A stretch of 64,000 nucleotides of DNA, taken from Bacteroidota bacterium. GTDB lineage: Bacteria > Bacteroidota > Bacteroidia > Bacteroidales > VadinHA17. A program made the position numbers and the translations under genes. The DNA is taken from assembly GCA_034659275.1 (NCBI GenBank), contig JAYEGY010000043.1, positions 1,517-65,516 of the forward strand, given 5' to 3'. Below are positions 19,301 through 27,664 of the stretch, piece by piece. The notes below the pieces were generated by a model. The model worked only from the letters and a program-made list of their open reading frames with translations. It made no database searches and was not told the origin of the DNA. Position 1 is the first letter of the stretch, and the number at the start of each line of letters is the position of its first letter.

Positions 19301-20000
19301 GAAGCTGGCACGCTCAGAGAGGGAAGACGCATGGAGGGAAATGGCAAAACAAATAGCCCATGAAATAAAAAATCCTCTTACCCCCATGAAGCTGAATGTT
19401 CAGCAGTTATATAAGAAATGGAAAGATAAACCTGAAAATTTTGAAGAAAGTCTGGAAAGTTTTAAACAATACCAGATAGAGCAGATAAATAATTTGTCAT
19501 CAATAGCATCAGCGTTTTCGAGTTTTGCCCGTATGCCCAAAGCAAATCCGCGCGAAACCGATCTGGTAGCTCACATTAACGCTGCAGCTGATTTATACAG
19601 CGATATTAAGAATATAGATATTAATATCAATTATAACGGATTAAAAGAAGTGAAGGTATTTGCTGATAAAGAACAGATGAAAAGCATGCTTTCAAATATA
19701 ATCAGGAATGCGGTACAGGCAATACCCGCAAGCAGGAGGGGTATTATAAACATCAGCCTTTCGGTGAAGGACCAGAAAGCACTTATCAGGGTTGAAGATA
19801 ATGGAGTGGGTATACCTGATAAGCTCAAGGACAAGCTTTTTGCCCCTAATTTTACGACCAAATCATCAGGTATGGGGCTTGGGCTGGCCATTGTAAAAAG
19901 GGTGGTTGAAACAGCTGACGGGAGAATATGGTTTGAATCTGAACCAGGTAAGGGAAGCGTTTTTTATGTAGAGTACCCCTTATTGTCGTATAGCAGGTAA
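16323..20000 (+). CDS. large membrane sensor histidine kinase (NtrY-like H-box, HAMP, HisKA, HATPase_c)
   Basis: The H-box is IAHEIKNPLTPMKL, the N box is NIIRNAVQA, and the G boxes are DNGVGIP and GMGLGLAIV. The N-terminal half is multi-TM. No response regulator is adjacent. Confidence 0.85.
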   Translation: MNFSLTNRRLFLILATVFALALVFDIISESNIKYRLEANALENKLHRAEKEGMKYLQRLSDGDSLFKEPEYIHDLHSNRIYSLFKYTGGQLTAWTNNSILLPSVYDDDLFSDKIIKLDNRRAIVKKLEKEDDIYLCLINIYREYSIENKYLKSGFNPELGLKAAKGLSINMESGFPIYSSEGQYLFSLVFDKTTTFISGITIIPLILWLLFSFIFLLASDRIAKWLVFKGFSYLGFIASLQLIIIFYFIFLLLDKPGIFTGMEIFSSFRFNLGPLVPSAGHLLLLSVLFLFACLEFYKYFPDPSCDGQRPWMDFLKLTVFFSISAFIFFLFNRLLHALILDSNIHFRIYEILDVDIFTVISIAAAGLILVGLSIYLLRFVRFCKKLPLKTNLPALIVSLIILYLLNILAGEYSIVHILVFLLLLIQAWFFGREKSRMINISVSFAIITAAYAAYLIPGLAWQKETEKLKVISVNFSNQNDIYGEALLLDLWPELEKDSLLQEMMNKDFLSPDDVNAVYSYLDSAYFTGYWDNYDRMYTICKEDSPLYFESDTDRVENCFDFFQIRAREMGIPVSDSNLVFLDNNSGRPYYLGCLYFTGEKRRKTGLFIELIHLLKYTQSGYPELLIDKEYDKRINTGDYSIAKYINGSLVLQTGDYPFRNNLEYLVNDSTGYHTVSLDADKEYFIYSTDKITVVVFRPRLTFIDIIITFTYLFVAFFILHLLMLVIIRPPENIFPGTLNFTHKLQVAFIGILLGSIVAIGTVVVILSINQYRSKHYENIEEKLGSVYIELDHKLSEVDTLTQTWSADSYPNLDALLIKFSNVFSFDINLYDTNGELIATSRREVFNNKLKSKRMNYEAYTRLKHEGQAQYIQNERIGKLEYLSAYTPYVNNRNEVLVYLNLPYFNMQSRINEETSNLIVAMINFTMILIVISLSIAVFISVRITNPLRMLQQGLASVRLGEKSKPLEYRGHDEISELVQQYNKMLDELQASAMKLARSEREDAWREMAKQIAHEIKNPLTPMKLNVQQLYKKWKDKPENFEESLESFKQYQIEQINNLSSIASAFSSFARMPKANPRETDLVAHINAAADLYSDIKNIDININYNGLKEVKVFADKEQMKSMLSNIIRNAVQAIPASRRGIINISLSVKDQKALIRVEDNGVGIPDKLKDKLFAPNFTTKSSGMGLGLAIVKRVVETADGRIWFESEPGKGSVFYVEYPLLSYSR

Positions 20001-20119
20001 TATACAGGTTTGCATGGTGATAAAAAATAAAAAGAACAACAAGGAACAATTTTACTACTGAACCGATAATGAATAATGTGATAAAAATAATTATATTAGC
20101 ATTATTATAGATCTGATAA

Positions 20120-23100
20120 ATGACCCGGTACTTTTTTAAGAATATATCATTAACAGCCCTCTTTATTATTTTCACTCCCTTGACAGGGGGTATTTTATTA
20201 GGGTCTCCCCAGGAGGATATATCGGGAATAATCAATACCACATATTCACGGGTAACCACCATTGAAGCTCCTGATGCCGTAATAATGGATGATGTTACAG
20301 GTTTCAACGACGGGGATACGGTGCTTGTTATCCAGATGAAAGGTGTTTCAATATACACTCCCCAGACATCAGGTCTTTTTGGATCACCGGATGGTTACCT
20401 TGGACAGCCGGGTGATTATGGTGTTGGCTTCTACGAATTTATAATTATTGAACAGGTTGAAACAGGTCCAAACAGGATTATATTCAGGAATAACCTGGTG
20501 GGCTATAATGGCTTTGATGTTGAGGGCTTTATACAGGTTGTGAAAGTGCCCTCCTTTGAAAATGCAAGCGTTACTGCTGAACTTACATGTCCTGCCTGGG
20601 ACAGTACCGATGGCACAGGTGGGGTTCTCGCATTTATTGTGAATAAGAAACTTGAATTAAATGCAGATATTGACGTTACCGGTAAAGGATTTGCGGGTGG
20701 TACTGTTGCTGCCATCGATGGCACGCTACTTATGGACGCTAATTATTATTATATTGAATCATCTACAGTGGCGGGCAGGAAAGGGAAGAGCCTGGTTTCC
20801 CACAGGAGCGGGACCAGCGAAAAATTATATTATGAAGATTACGCAAAAGGTATTGGTAAATTACATACGGGCGGAGGTGGAGCAACAGGTGAGTTCTCAG
20901 GAGGGGGCGGTGGTGCCAGCTTTGGTTCCGGCGGGAACGGTCACAGACAAAGAACAACAGGATACAATGTAAGCGGATTAGGTGGCACTAAGGTGGAAGA
21001 GCTCGACTTTGCCGACAGGGTAATTATGGGTGGCGGCGGTGGTGGAAGCGGCTATAATAACGGAGGCACGGGGACAGGCGGAGCCTCAGGTGGAGGGATC
21101 GTCTTTGTGCTGGCAGATACACTGGTTGGTAATGGTAATTTCATAAAAGCCAATGGTGACTCGGTGACAACAATTGCCTCGGGAGATGGAGGCGGAGGAG
21201 GTGGGGGTGCTGCAGGATCGCTGGTACTATCGGTCAAAACATATGCTTCTTCCGATATTAACCTGGAAGCTAAGGGTGGAACAGGTGGTCATTCCTATGA
21301 ATTGTTTGGAACAGGAGGAGGTGGTGGTGGAGGCCTCATATGGATAAGTGGCACGGGCACTGAACCCGAATTGAATCTCAGTGTTGAAGGTGGTGAGGCG
21401 GGTAGAATTGATTACCCATCAGGAGCACCCCAGGGAGGTTCAGGATCCGATGGGATAATAAGAACAAACCTGAATATACTGTTAAATGGCTTCCTTTTTA
21501 ATTCTATAATATCAGCCTTTACAGATGCCAGAATCGATTCTATCTGCTACGGCCAGATACCACATATGATAATAGGTACAGAACCTGTTGGGGGACTGGA
21601 ACCCTATACTTTCTGGTGGGAGAAGAAAGGAGATGAAGAAGCAGACTGGTCACTTGTGCCCGGCTCAGGAAGTACCCTGAATTTTACACCAAATGATCCT
21701 GAAACCGATACAGTCCAGTTCAGAAGGGTGGTCACCGATAACAATACCATACCGATATCAGACACCAGTAAAGAAGTTACCGTTATTGTTCAACCACCTA
21801 TAGTCAATAACCTCATCGGTTATGATACAATCATCTGTGCCGGCCAGGATCCCGAATTGCTGGTTCAACAAAATGGATTGATACTTGAAGGAGGGAATAA
21901 CATATACAGTTACCAGTGGCTCGACAGCGCTGAATCACAAAGCTGGCAAATAGCAACGGGCTCGGTGAACAATGAAGATTATGATCCGCCCGCACTCACT
22001 GCAACAAGGTATTATTCCAGGGTGGTTGTTTCCGGAATGTGCACCGATACAAGTAATATCACAGAAATAGAAGTATTACCGGTTATAACAAATAACACCA
22101 TTGGTGCTGACCAGCTTATCTGTCATGATAATCTTTTTAATGACCTTACAGGCTCAGATCCCCTTAACGGTGATGGCACTTACAGGTATGAATGGATAAG
22201 CAGTACAGACCAGAATAGCTGGGGACCCGCCGAAGATACTAACAACGAAAAAGATTATAATCCTGATGAAGGATCAGTTAACTTTCCGGGTGATCAATAT
22301 TACAAGAGAATAGTGAGATCAGGATTCCTTGACTGTTGTGTTGATACTTCTTATACAACAGTGATGCTTACAAGTCTTCCCGAAATTGGCAATAATATCA
22401 TTTTAGCTGACCAGTCTATCTGCCAGGATTCAGTCCCCGACCCACTGATCGGAGATACTCCAACCGGCGGTGATGGAAATAATTACACTTATATCTGGGA
22501 AGACAGCACGAGGTCAGGTGCATGGACCTTGATCAACGGGGCAGACCAGATAGATTATTATCTTCCGGCACTGGCCGATACAACCTGGTACAGGAGGATC
22601 ATCACTTCATCAGTGTGTGATGATACCAGTAATGTAGTCGTTGTTAATGTCAATCCGGCAATCACAGATAATAATATATACACACTGTCAGGAACCCTTG
22701 ATACAACAATTTGTTCGGGCCAGACACCAAATATCATAGTAGGAGACTCACCTGGAGGAGGTAGCGGGACTTATGGCTATGAATGGCAGTATAGTGTTGA
22801 CGAGATAACCTGGAGTACAGCACCCGGTACAAATAACCTGGCCGCTTACAATCCTCCTTCCTTAACCGAGGATACATGGTACCGTCGGCAAGTATTGTCA
22901 GGCGAGTGTGCTGTGGAAAGTAATTCAGTAAAGATAACGGTGCTGCCACCTATAGCCAACAATACTCTTTCGGAAGATAAAATGACATGTTATAATACTG
23001 AACCTGAGCTTATTACAGGCAGTGAACCAACAGGAGGCAATGGTGTATATACATACCTCTGGGAAGAAAGCCCTGATAATATTACATGGTCACCTGCCCC

Positions 23101-24271
23101 GGGCGACAATACTAATATTGATTACCAGCCCGGTAGTTTAACGGATCTAAGGTACTACCGGAGAAGAGTGTTCTCCGGTTTATCTGATTGCTGCCAGGAT
23201 ATAAGCAGTCCGGTTAGCGTTGGCATCCATCCCCTGCCAACCGGAACCATAACGGCAGCACTGGACACCACCTGTGCTGGTACAGAGATCAGTGTCTCCC
23301 TGAGTCTTACAGGCGCTGCACCATGGACAGTGGTGCTTAATGACGGAAGCCAGGACCTGCCTGCCTTTGAAGCCGATGGAGCAAATTATGATTTTATGCA
23401 TTCGCCGGTATATACAAGCGACTATACTTTCACTTCCATAACTGATAATAATGGCTGTGTTGCAACTTCCCTGAACGGCTCCAGGAGAGTTGTAGTATAC
23501 GAGGTGCCGGTGGCTGACCCGGGGGAGGATGATGACGTATGTGGACTTGAATATACCCTCCAGGCAAATCCGAGTGTGGGTACGGGAACATGGATGAATT
23601 TTGATGGTTCCGTAGTATCATCAGTGGAAGTAAACAGTTCGTCAGAAACAGTTACCGTAGATAGTTATGGCACCCATACATTCTGGTGGAAGGAAACTAA
23701 CTGGGAATGTGAGGATTCAGCTTCAGTTGATGTCACTTTCTGGGAAGCGCCTGCCCCTGCCTTTGCGGGGGCTGACCGGCAGTTAAAGCCTTACCAGTTT
23801 ACCGATACACTTGAAGCCCAGGAACCAACGGTGGGTACAGGGACATGGAGTGTGATTCAAAGCCAGGGAGATCCAGATTTCGATAATCAAAATTATGCCA
23901 CAACAACCGTTAGTGGTCTGTCCTATGGAGAGAACATCCTCGAGTGGACCATAGTGAACGGTGAATGCCCGCCCGAATCTGACAGGGTAATCATTAAGGT
24001 AAACACTGTAATGATACCCCAGGGTTTTTCACCAAATGGTGATGAGTTCAACCAGACATTTATGATAGATGGCATGGAATACACACAAAACGAACTGGTT
24101 GTTACTAACCTTGCAGGAGCAGTGGTCTACAGGGCAAAAAATTACAATAACGACTGGGAAGGTACAAATATGGATGGAGATCCCCTGCCGGAAGGAACAT
24201 ACTACTACTATCTGACAATAAAAACACCGGTCAAAGAAAGGCTGAGTGGATATGTAGTGATAAAAAGATAA
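20120..24271 (+). CDS. giant cell-surface protein with a T9SS type-B C-terminal sorting domain (gliding-motility-associated CTD)
   Basis: It has a signal peptide, a Gly-rich periodic module and six tandem Cys-containing repeats. The C-terminus is IPQGFSPNGDEFNQTF...NDWEGTNMDGDPLPEGTYYYYL...GYVVIKR, which is the type-B CTD signature. Confidence 0.85.
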   Translation: MTRYFFKNISLTALFIIFTPLTGGILLGSPQEDISGIINTTYSRVTTIEAPDAVIMDDVTGFNDGDTVLVIQMKGVSIYTPQTSGLFGSPDGYLGQPGDYGVGFYEFIIIEQVETGPNRIIFRNNLVGYNGFDVEGFIQVVKVPSFENASVTAELTCPAWDSTDGTGGVLAFIVNKKLELNADIDVTGKGFAGGTVAAIDGTLLMDANYYYIESSTVAGRKGKSLVSHRSGTSEKLYYEDYAKGIGKLHTGGGGATGEFSGGGGGASFGSGGNGHRQRTTGYNVSGLGGTKVEELDFADRVIMGGGGGGSGYNNGGTGTGGASGGGIVFVLADTLVGNGNFIKANGDSVTTIASGDGGGGGGGAAGSLVLSVKTYASSDINLEAKGGTGGHSYELFGTGGGGGGGLIWISGTGTEPELNLSVEGGEAGRIDYPSGAPQGGSGSDGIIRTNLNILLNGFLFNSIISAFTDARIDSICYGQIPHMIIGTEPVGGLEPYTFWWEKKGDEEADWSLVPGSGSTLNFTPNDPETDTVQFRRVVTDNNTIPISDTSKEVTVIVQPPIVNNLIGYDTIICAGQDPELLVQQNGLILEGGNNIYSYQWLDSAESQSWQIATGSVNNEDYDPPALTATRYYSRVVVSGMCTDTSNITEIEVLPVITNNTIGADQLICHDNLFNDLTGSDPLNGDGTYRYEWISSTDQNSWGPAEDTNNEKDYNPDEGSVNFPGDQYYKRIVRSGFLDCCVDTSYTTVMLTSLPEIGNNIILADQSICQDSVPDPLIGDTPTGGDGNNYTYIWEDSTRSGAWTLINGADQIDYYLPALADTTWYRRIITSSVCDDTSNVVVVNVNPAITDNNIYTLSGTLDTTICSGQTPNIIVGDSPGGGSGTYGYEWQYSVDEITWSTAPGTNNLAAYNPPSLTEDTWYRRQVLSGECAVESNSVKITVLPPIANNTLSEDKMTCYNTEPELITGSEPTGGNGVYTYLWEESPDNITWSPAPGDNTNIDYQPGSLTDLRYYRRRVFSGLSDCCQDISSPVSVGIHPLPTGTITAALDTTCAGTEISVSLSLTGAAPWTVVLNDGSQDLPAFEADGANYDFMHSPVYTSDYTFTSITDNNGCVATSLNGSRRVVVYEVPVADPGEDDDVCGLEYTLQANPSVGTGTWMNFDGSVVSSVEVNSSSETVTVDSYGTHTFWWKETNWECEDSASVDVTFWEAPAPAFAGADRQLKPYQFTDTLEAQEPTVGTGTWSVIQSQGDPDFDNQNYATTTVSGLSYGENILEWTIVNGECPPESDRVIIKVNTVMIPQGFSPNGDEFNQTFMIDGMEYTQNELVVTNLAGAVVYRAKNYNNDWEGTNMDGDPLPEGTYYYYLTIKTPVKERLSGYVVIKR
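21500..23250 (+). repeat. six tandem repeats of about 95 aa inside the T9SS cargo gene
   Basis: Each unit follows the pattern NNxI..DQxIC....P..L.G..P.GG.G.Y.Y.W..S.....W.......Y.P..L....YYRR.V.S..C...S..V.V.V.P. Boundaries are approximate. Confidence 0.6.
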
Positions 24272-25195
24272 ATGAAGAAAATAGTATTATATACCGTATT
24301 ACTGTTAGTATTTACCACCTTAAATACAAGGGCTCAAAATTATCCTGTTTATAGCCAGTACCTGCTTGATGGTCTTGTTATAAATCCCGCTTATACCGGT
24401 ACAAGGGAAGCATTGACAGCCTCACTTTCTGTAAGAAGAAAATCATTGAATTTTGAGGGTGCTCCCATGATGGGTACTTTTTCTCTTCACTCACCTCTGA
24501 AGAATGACAGGATAGCACTGGGTCTTATGTCTCATTACCAGACATACGGAGTAACCAAAAAGGCAAGTGTGTTTGCCAGCTATGCCTTTCATATCAAAAC
24601 TGATAATGGCAGGTGGTCTCTTGGGATAAAAGCAGGGGCTGATATGGTGCACAATGATTATTCAAGTATTAACACAGTTGATCCTGATCCGGCATTTACA
24701 GAAGCTATATCCTCCTATACCCTGCCTAATGTAGGGGTGGGTGTTTATTACAATTCCAATGTCTTTTTTGCCGGTCTTGCTGTCCCGGAAATGTTCAGTT
24801 ACCGTGAGAACAGCAGCAGAAGTGGCTATGAATTATACCACGATTATGAGAACTATTATTTTATGGGTACCGCAGGTGGCTTACTGAGTTTTACCGATGG
24901 ATTTAAATTTAAACCCTCGGTACTGGCAAGGTACTCGTTTAACAGTCCATTCTTAATAGATATAAACGGTAATTTTATTATATCCGATTTTCTCTGGATA
25001 GGCGCTTCCTGGAGACTGGGTGAAGAAGTGTTTGTTGGTATACTTGAGTTCCAGGTAAGCCAGCAGTTTAAACTGGGGTATGCATATGAATATAATTTGG
25101 GTAGTATAAGTACCTTTGTCGGAGGTACACATGAAATAGCTTTGAGATACGAGTTTGGAAAGACAGTGAGTGCTTCAAATCCACGATATTTTTAA
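24272..25195 (+). CDS. PorP/SprF family type IX secretion system membrane protein
   Basis: The motifs are YSQYLLDGLVINPAYTG and a C-terminal HEIALRYEF. The gene starts 1 nt after the cargo gene stop. Confidence 0.85.
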   Translation: MKKIVLYTVLLLVFTTLNTRAQNYPVYSQYLLDGLVINPAYTGTREALTASLSVRRKSLNFEGAPMMGTFSLHSPLKNDRIALGLMSHYQTYGVTKKASVFASYAFHIKTDNGRWSLGIKAGADMVHNDYSSINTVDPDPAFTEAISSYTLPNVGVGVYYNSNVFFAGLAVPEMFSYRENSSRSGYELYHDYENYYFMGTAGGLLSFTDGFKFKPSVLARYSFNSPFLIDINGNFIISDFLWIGASWRLGEEVFVGILEFQVSQQFKLGYAYEYNLGSISTFVGGTHEIALRYEFGKTVSASNPRYF

Positions 25196-25196
25196 G

Positions 25197-26633
25197 ATGC
25201 GGAAATTACACAGGGGATATATATTATTTCTTCTTCTTATTATGCCTGTAAATGTATTACATGCACAGGCTGATAATATGATTAAAGTTGAGAAACTTCC
25301 GATGAGTTCAAGGCAATTTAATGAAATGACGGTTGTACCCGTTTCCGGTGGTATAGCCTTTTGTTCTGACCGGCGTACCTCGGGAGCAGTAAATAATAAG
25401 ACATTCGATGGCGACCGTATCTATAATATATTCTATGCTGTGCGCGAAGACACTATGGAATGGGGACGTCCGGAGATTTTTTCGAAAGACCTGCACACAA
25501 TATTTACCCAGGGGCCCTTTTGCTTTACCCCTGATGGCAGCCAGATATATTATACCAGTGACGTTGAAAGGGGAAATAGTGCCTTTAAGAGTGATTTTGA
25601 TAACAGAAGCGGAATACTTATTGCCGATAAAACAGCCACTGGCTGGTCGGAATCAAGACCATTCGAATATAACGACCCCTTATGGAACCTGGGCCATCCC
25701 TTTATCAGTGCCGATGGTGAATACCTCTTCTTTTCGTCAGATATACCCGGTGGTTATGGAGGCTCCGATTTGTACCTGTGCCGTTGGGAAAATAATAATT
25801 GGTCTGAACCAGAAAATATTGGTCCTGAAGTAAACAGTCCCTCTTCTGAATTATATCCCTTTTTCAGCCCTGAGGGCGTTCTCTTTTTTGCCTCTGACCG
25901 TGAAGGCGGATATGGAGGCCTTGACATCTATAAAACGAGAATGAATAATGAAAAGTGGTCAAAACCGGTCTTGATGCCTGAACCAATAAATTCAGAGGCA
26001 GATGATTTTGGCCTCTTCAAAGAAGAAGACGCAGACGAAGGATTTTTCGCTTCAAACAGGGATAGAACGGATGATATCTTTATATATTCATCACTTCTAA
26101 GAAGAATGAGTGAATGCAATGAGCTAGTCTATGAAAATTTTTGCTGGGAATTTATAGAAGAAAATTCAGTGAAATTTGATTCAATACCCTTTACATATGA
26201 ATGGGATTTTGATGATGGTACAAAATTACAGACTGTTGAGGCAAGAGCTATCCATTGTTTCGCGGAACCCGGTACATATCTTGTTAAACTTAATGTGACA
26301 GATACGATTACCGGTGAGATACGACGAAATGAAACCAGCTACCTGCTACAGATAGAGAGGACTGAACAGGCATTTATCACATCACCTGATACATGCTACG
26401 TAGGCGAGACAACCAGCCTGGATGCGTCTATGACTTACCTCCCCGGGTGGGATATTGCTGAGTATTACTGGAATTTTGATGATGGCACAGCAGGCAGGGG
26501 GCTGACCATTGAAAAGACATATATGGAAGAGGGATTATACAACGTACAGCTTATTGTAAGCTCATACCCTGATGAGGAAGGAAATGTAAGGGAAACATGT
26601 GTGTCAAAGAATATAGTGGTGAGGGTGAGATGA
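25197..26633 (+). CDS. secreted PD40 (TolB-like beta-propeller repeat) plus tandem PKD-domain protein
   Basis: The signal is MRKLHRGYILFLLLIMPVNVLHAQ. PD40-like repeats are present (FSSDIPGGYGGSDLY, FASDREGGYGGLDIY). Two PKD signatures are present (YEWDFDDGT, YYWNFDDGT). I see no OmpA C-terminal domain. Confidence 0.7.
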   Translation: MRKLHRGYILFLLLIMPVNVLHAQADNMIKVEKLPMSSRQFNEMTVVPVSGGIAFCSDRRTSGAVNNKTFDGDRIYNIFYAVREDTMEWGRPEIFSKDLHTIFTQGPFCFTPDGSQIYYTSDVERGNSAFKSDFDNRSGILIADKTATGWSESRPFEYNDPLWNLGHPFISADGEYLFFSSDIPGGYGGSDLYLCRWENNNWSEPENIGPEVNSPSSELYPFFSPEGVLFFASDREGGYGGLDIYKTRMNNEKWSKPVLMPEPINSEADDFGLFKEEDADEGFFASNRDRTDDIFIYSSLLRRMSECNELVYENFCWEFIEENSVKFDSIPFTYEWDFDDGTKLQTVEARAIHCFAEPGTYLVKLNVTDTITGEIRRNETSYLLQIERTEQAFITSPDTCYVGETTSLDASMTYLPGWDIAEYYWNFDDGTAGRGLTIEKTYMEEGLYNVQLIVSSYPDEEGNVRETCVSKNIVVRVR

Positions 26634-26673
26634 TTCGACTATTTATGCTATTTTTGCACTGATATTAAGGAAT

Positions 26674-27657
26674 GTGAAGAATATAAGAAAATACATATTG
26701 ATCATTTGTCTGCTGGGCATTGCATTATATTCCCGGGCACAGCCGGTGCCTGCCAGTGACGAAAACATACCTCACCTGATGACATTCGGAGGCGATGGGG
26801 AAACTTCATGGGGTGACGATGACTTCTCACAAACATTCTTTTTTAAAGTACCCCTGTCATATTCCGAGCCTTTCTATATAAGGGTTTATGACCCCGATAC
26901 AGGTGGTGTGGTGGATGAAATAAACGGTGTGTGGGATACCAGGATGTCTTATTCCGTTTACGGCGGTGAGGGATCATGGAGTGATGACGATGCCAAGGGC
27001 ATTGATCCGATCGGTAATTACAGAAGTGGAATCTTATTGGCTTCGAAAGTTTTTGGTAATGACCAAAGATATGATGATGACTGGTATACATTTGGACCCT
27101 TCAACCCTTCGGAAGGCGAACAGGTTGATGAATTCGGAGGATATATTTTTAAAATTATCTGTGAAGGAATAGGGGGAGACGACGGAAACCTTTACAGGTA
27201 TTTCCTGAGTACCGATCCGGATGAAAACAGTCCAATTGAGGACGGCAATGCTTTTACCTATGAATACTCATTCAGAATGTGGAATAACTCTGACAATATA
27301 TCCCATATCTACCCCTATATTGATACAGCCACAATATATGTGAAACAGGTTAATTTTGACTGGGATGATGATGGATACATAAGAGTTGTGTCACGTGTAC
27401 GCAGGGGCTACCTTGCAGAAGTATCCGGTGAGGATAACTGGGTGGAAAGTAAAATAAAAATAGACGAGGAGGAAATTAATTCATCTCTTGATTTTCAGTT
27501 CATAAAAAAGAGATCTCCCCTTGTCGGGAATAATAACGTGGTTATATCCGTTGAAAACCAGTATGGTGAATACCTGGAATTCTTCACAGTTCCCATTGGT
27601 GGTGTGCCGGTATATAATCCCAGCCTTAAAGCAAATAGAATAGAAGAAGAAAAATAG
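26674..27657 (+). CDS. hypothetical acidic secreted protein
   Basis: The start is GTG and the signal is MKNIRKYILIICLLGIALYSRAQ. The protein is rich in D, W and Y. It ends 4-7 nt before the sensor-phosphatase gene. I recognise no family. Confidence 0.5.
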   Translation: MKNIRKYILIICLLGIALYSRAQPVPASDENIPHLMTFGGDGETSWGDDDFSQTFFFKVPLSYSEPFYIRVYDPDTGGVVDEINGVWDTRMSYSVYGGEGSWSDDDAKGIDPIGNYRSGILLASKVFGNDQRYDDDWYTFGPFNPSEGEQVDEFGGYIFKIICEGIGGDDGNLYRYFLSTDPDENSPIEDGNAFTYEYSFRMWNNSDNISHIYPYIDTATIYVKQVNFDWDDDGYIRVVSRVRRGYLAEVSGEDNWVESKIKIDEEEINSSLDFQFIKKRSPLVGNNNVVISVENQYGEYLEFFTVPIGGVPVYNPSLKANRIEEEK

Positions 27658-27664
27658 CAAATTG

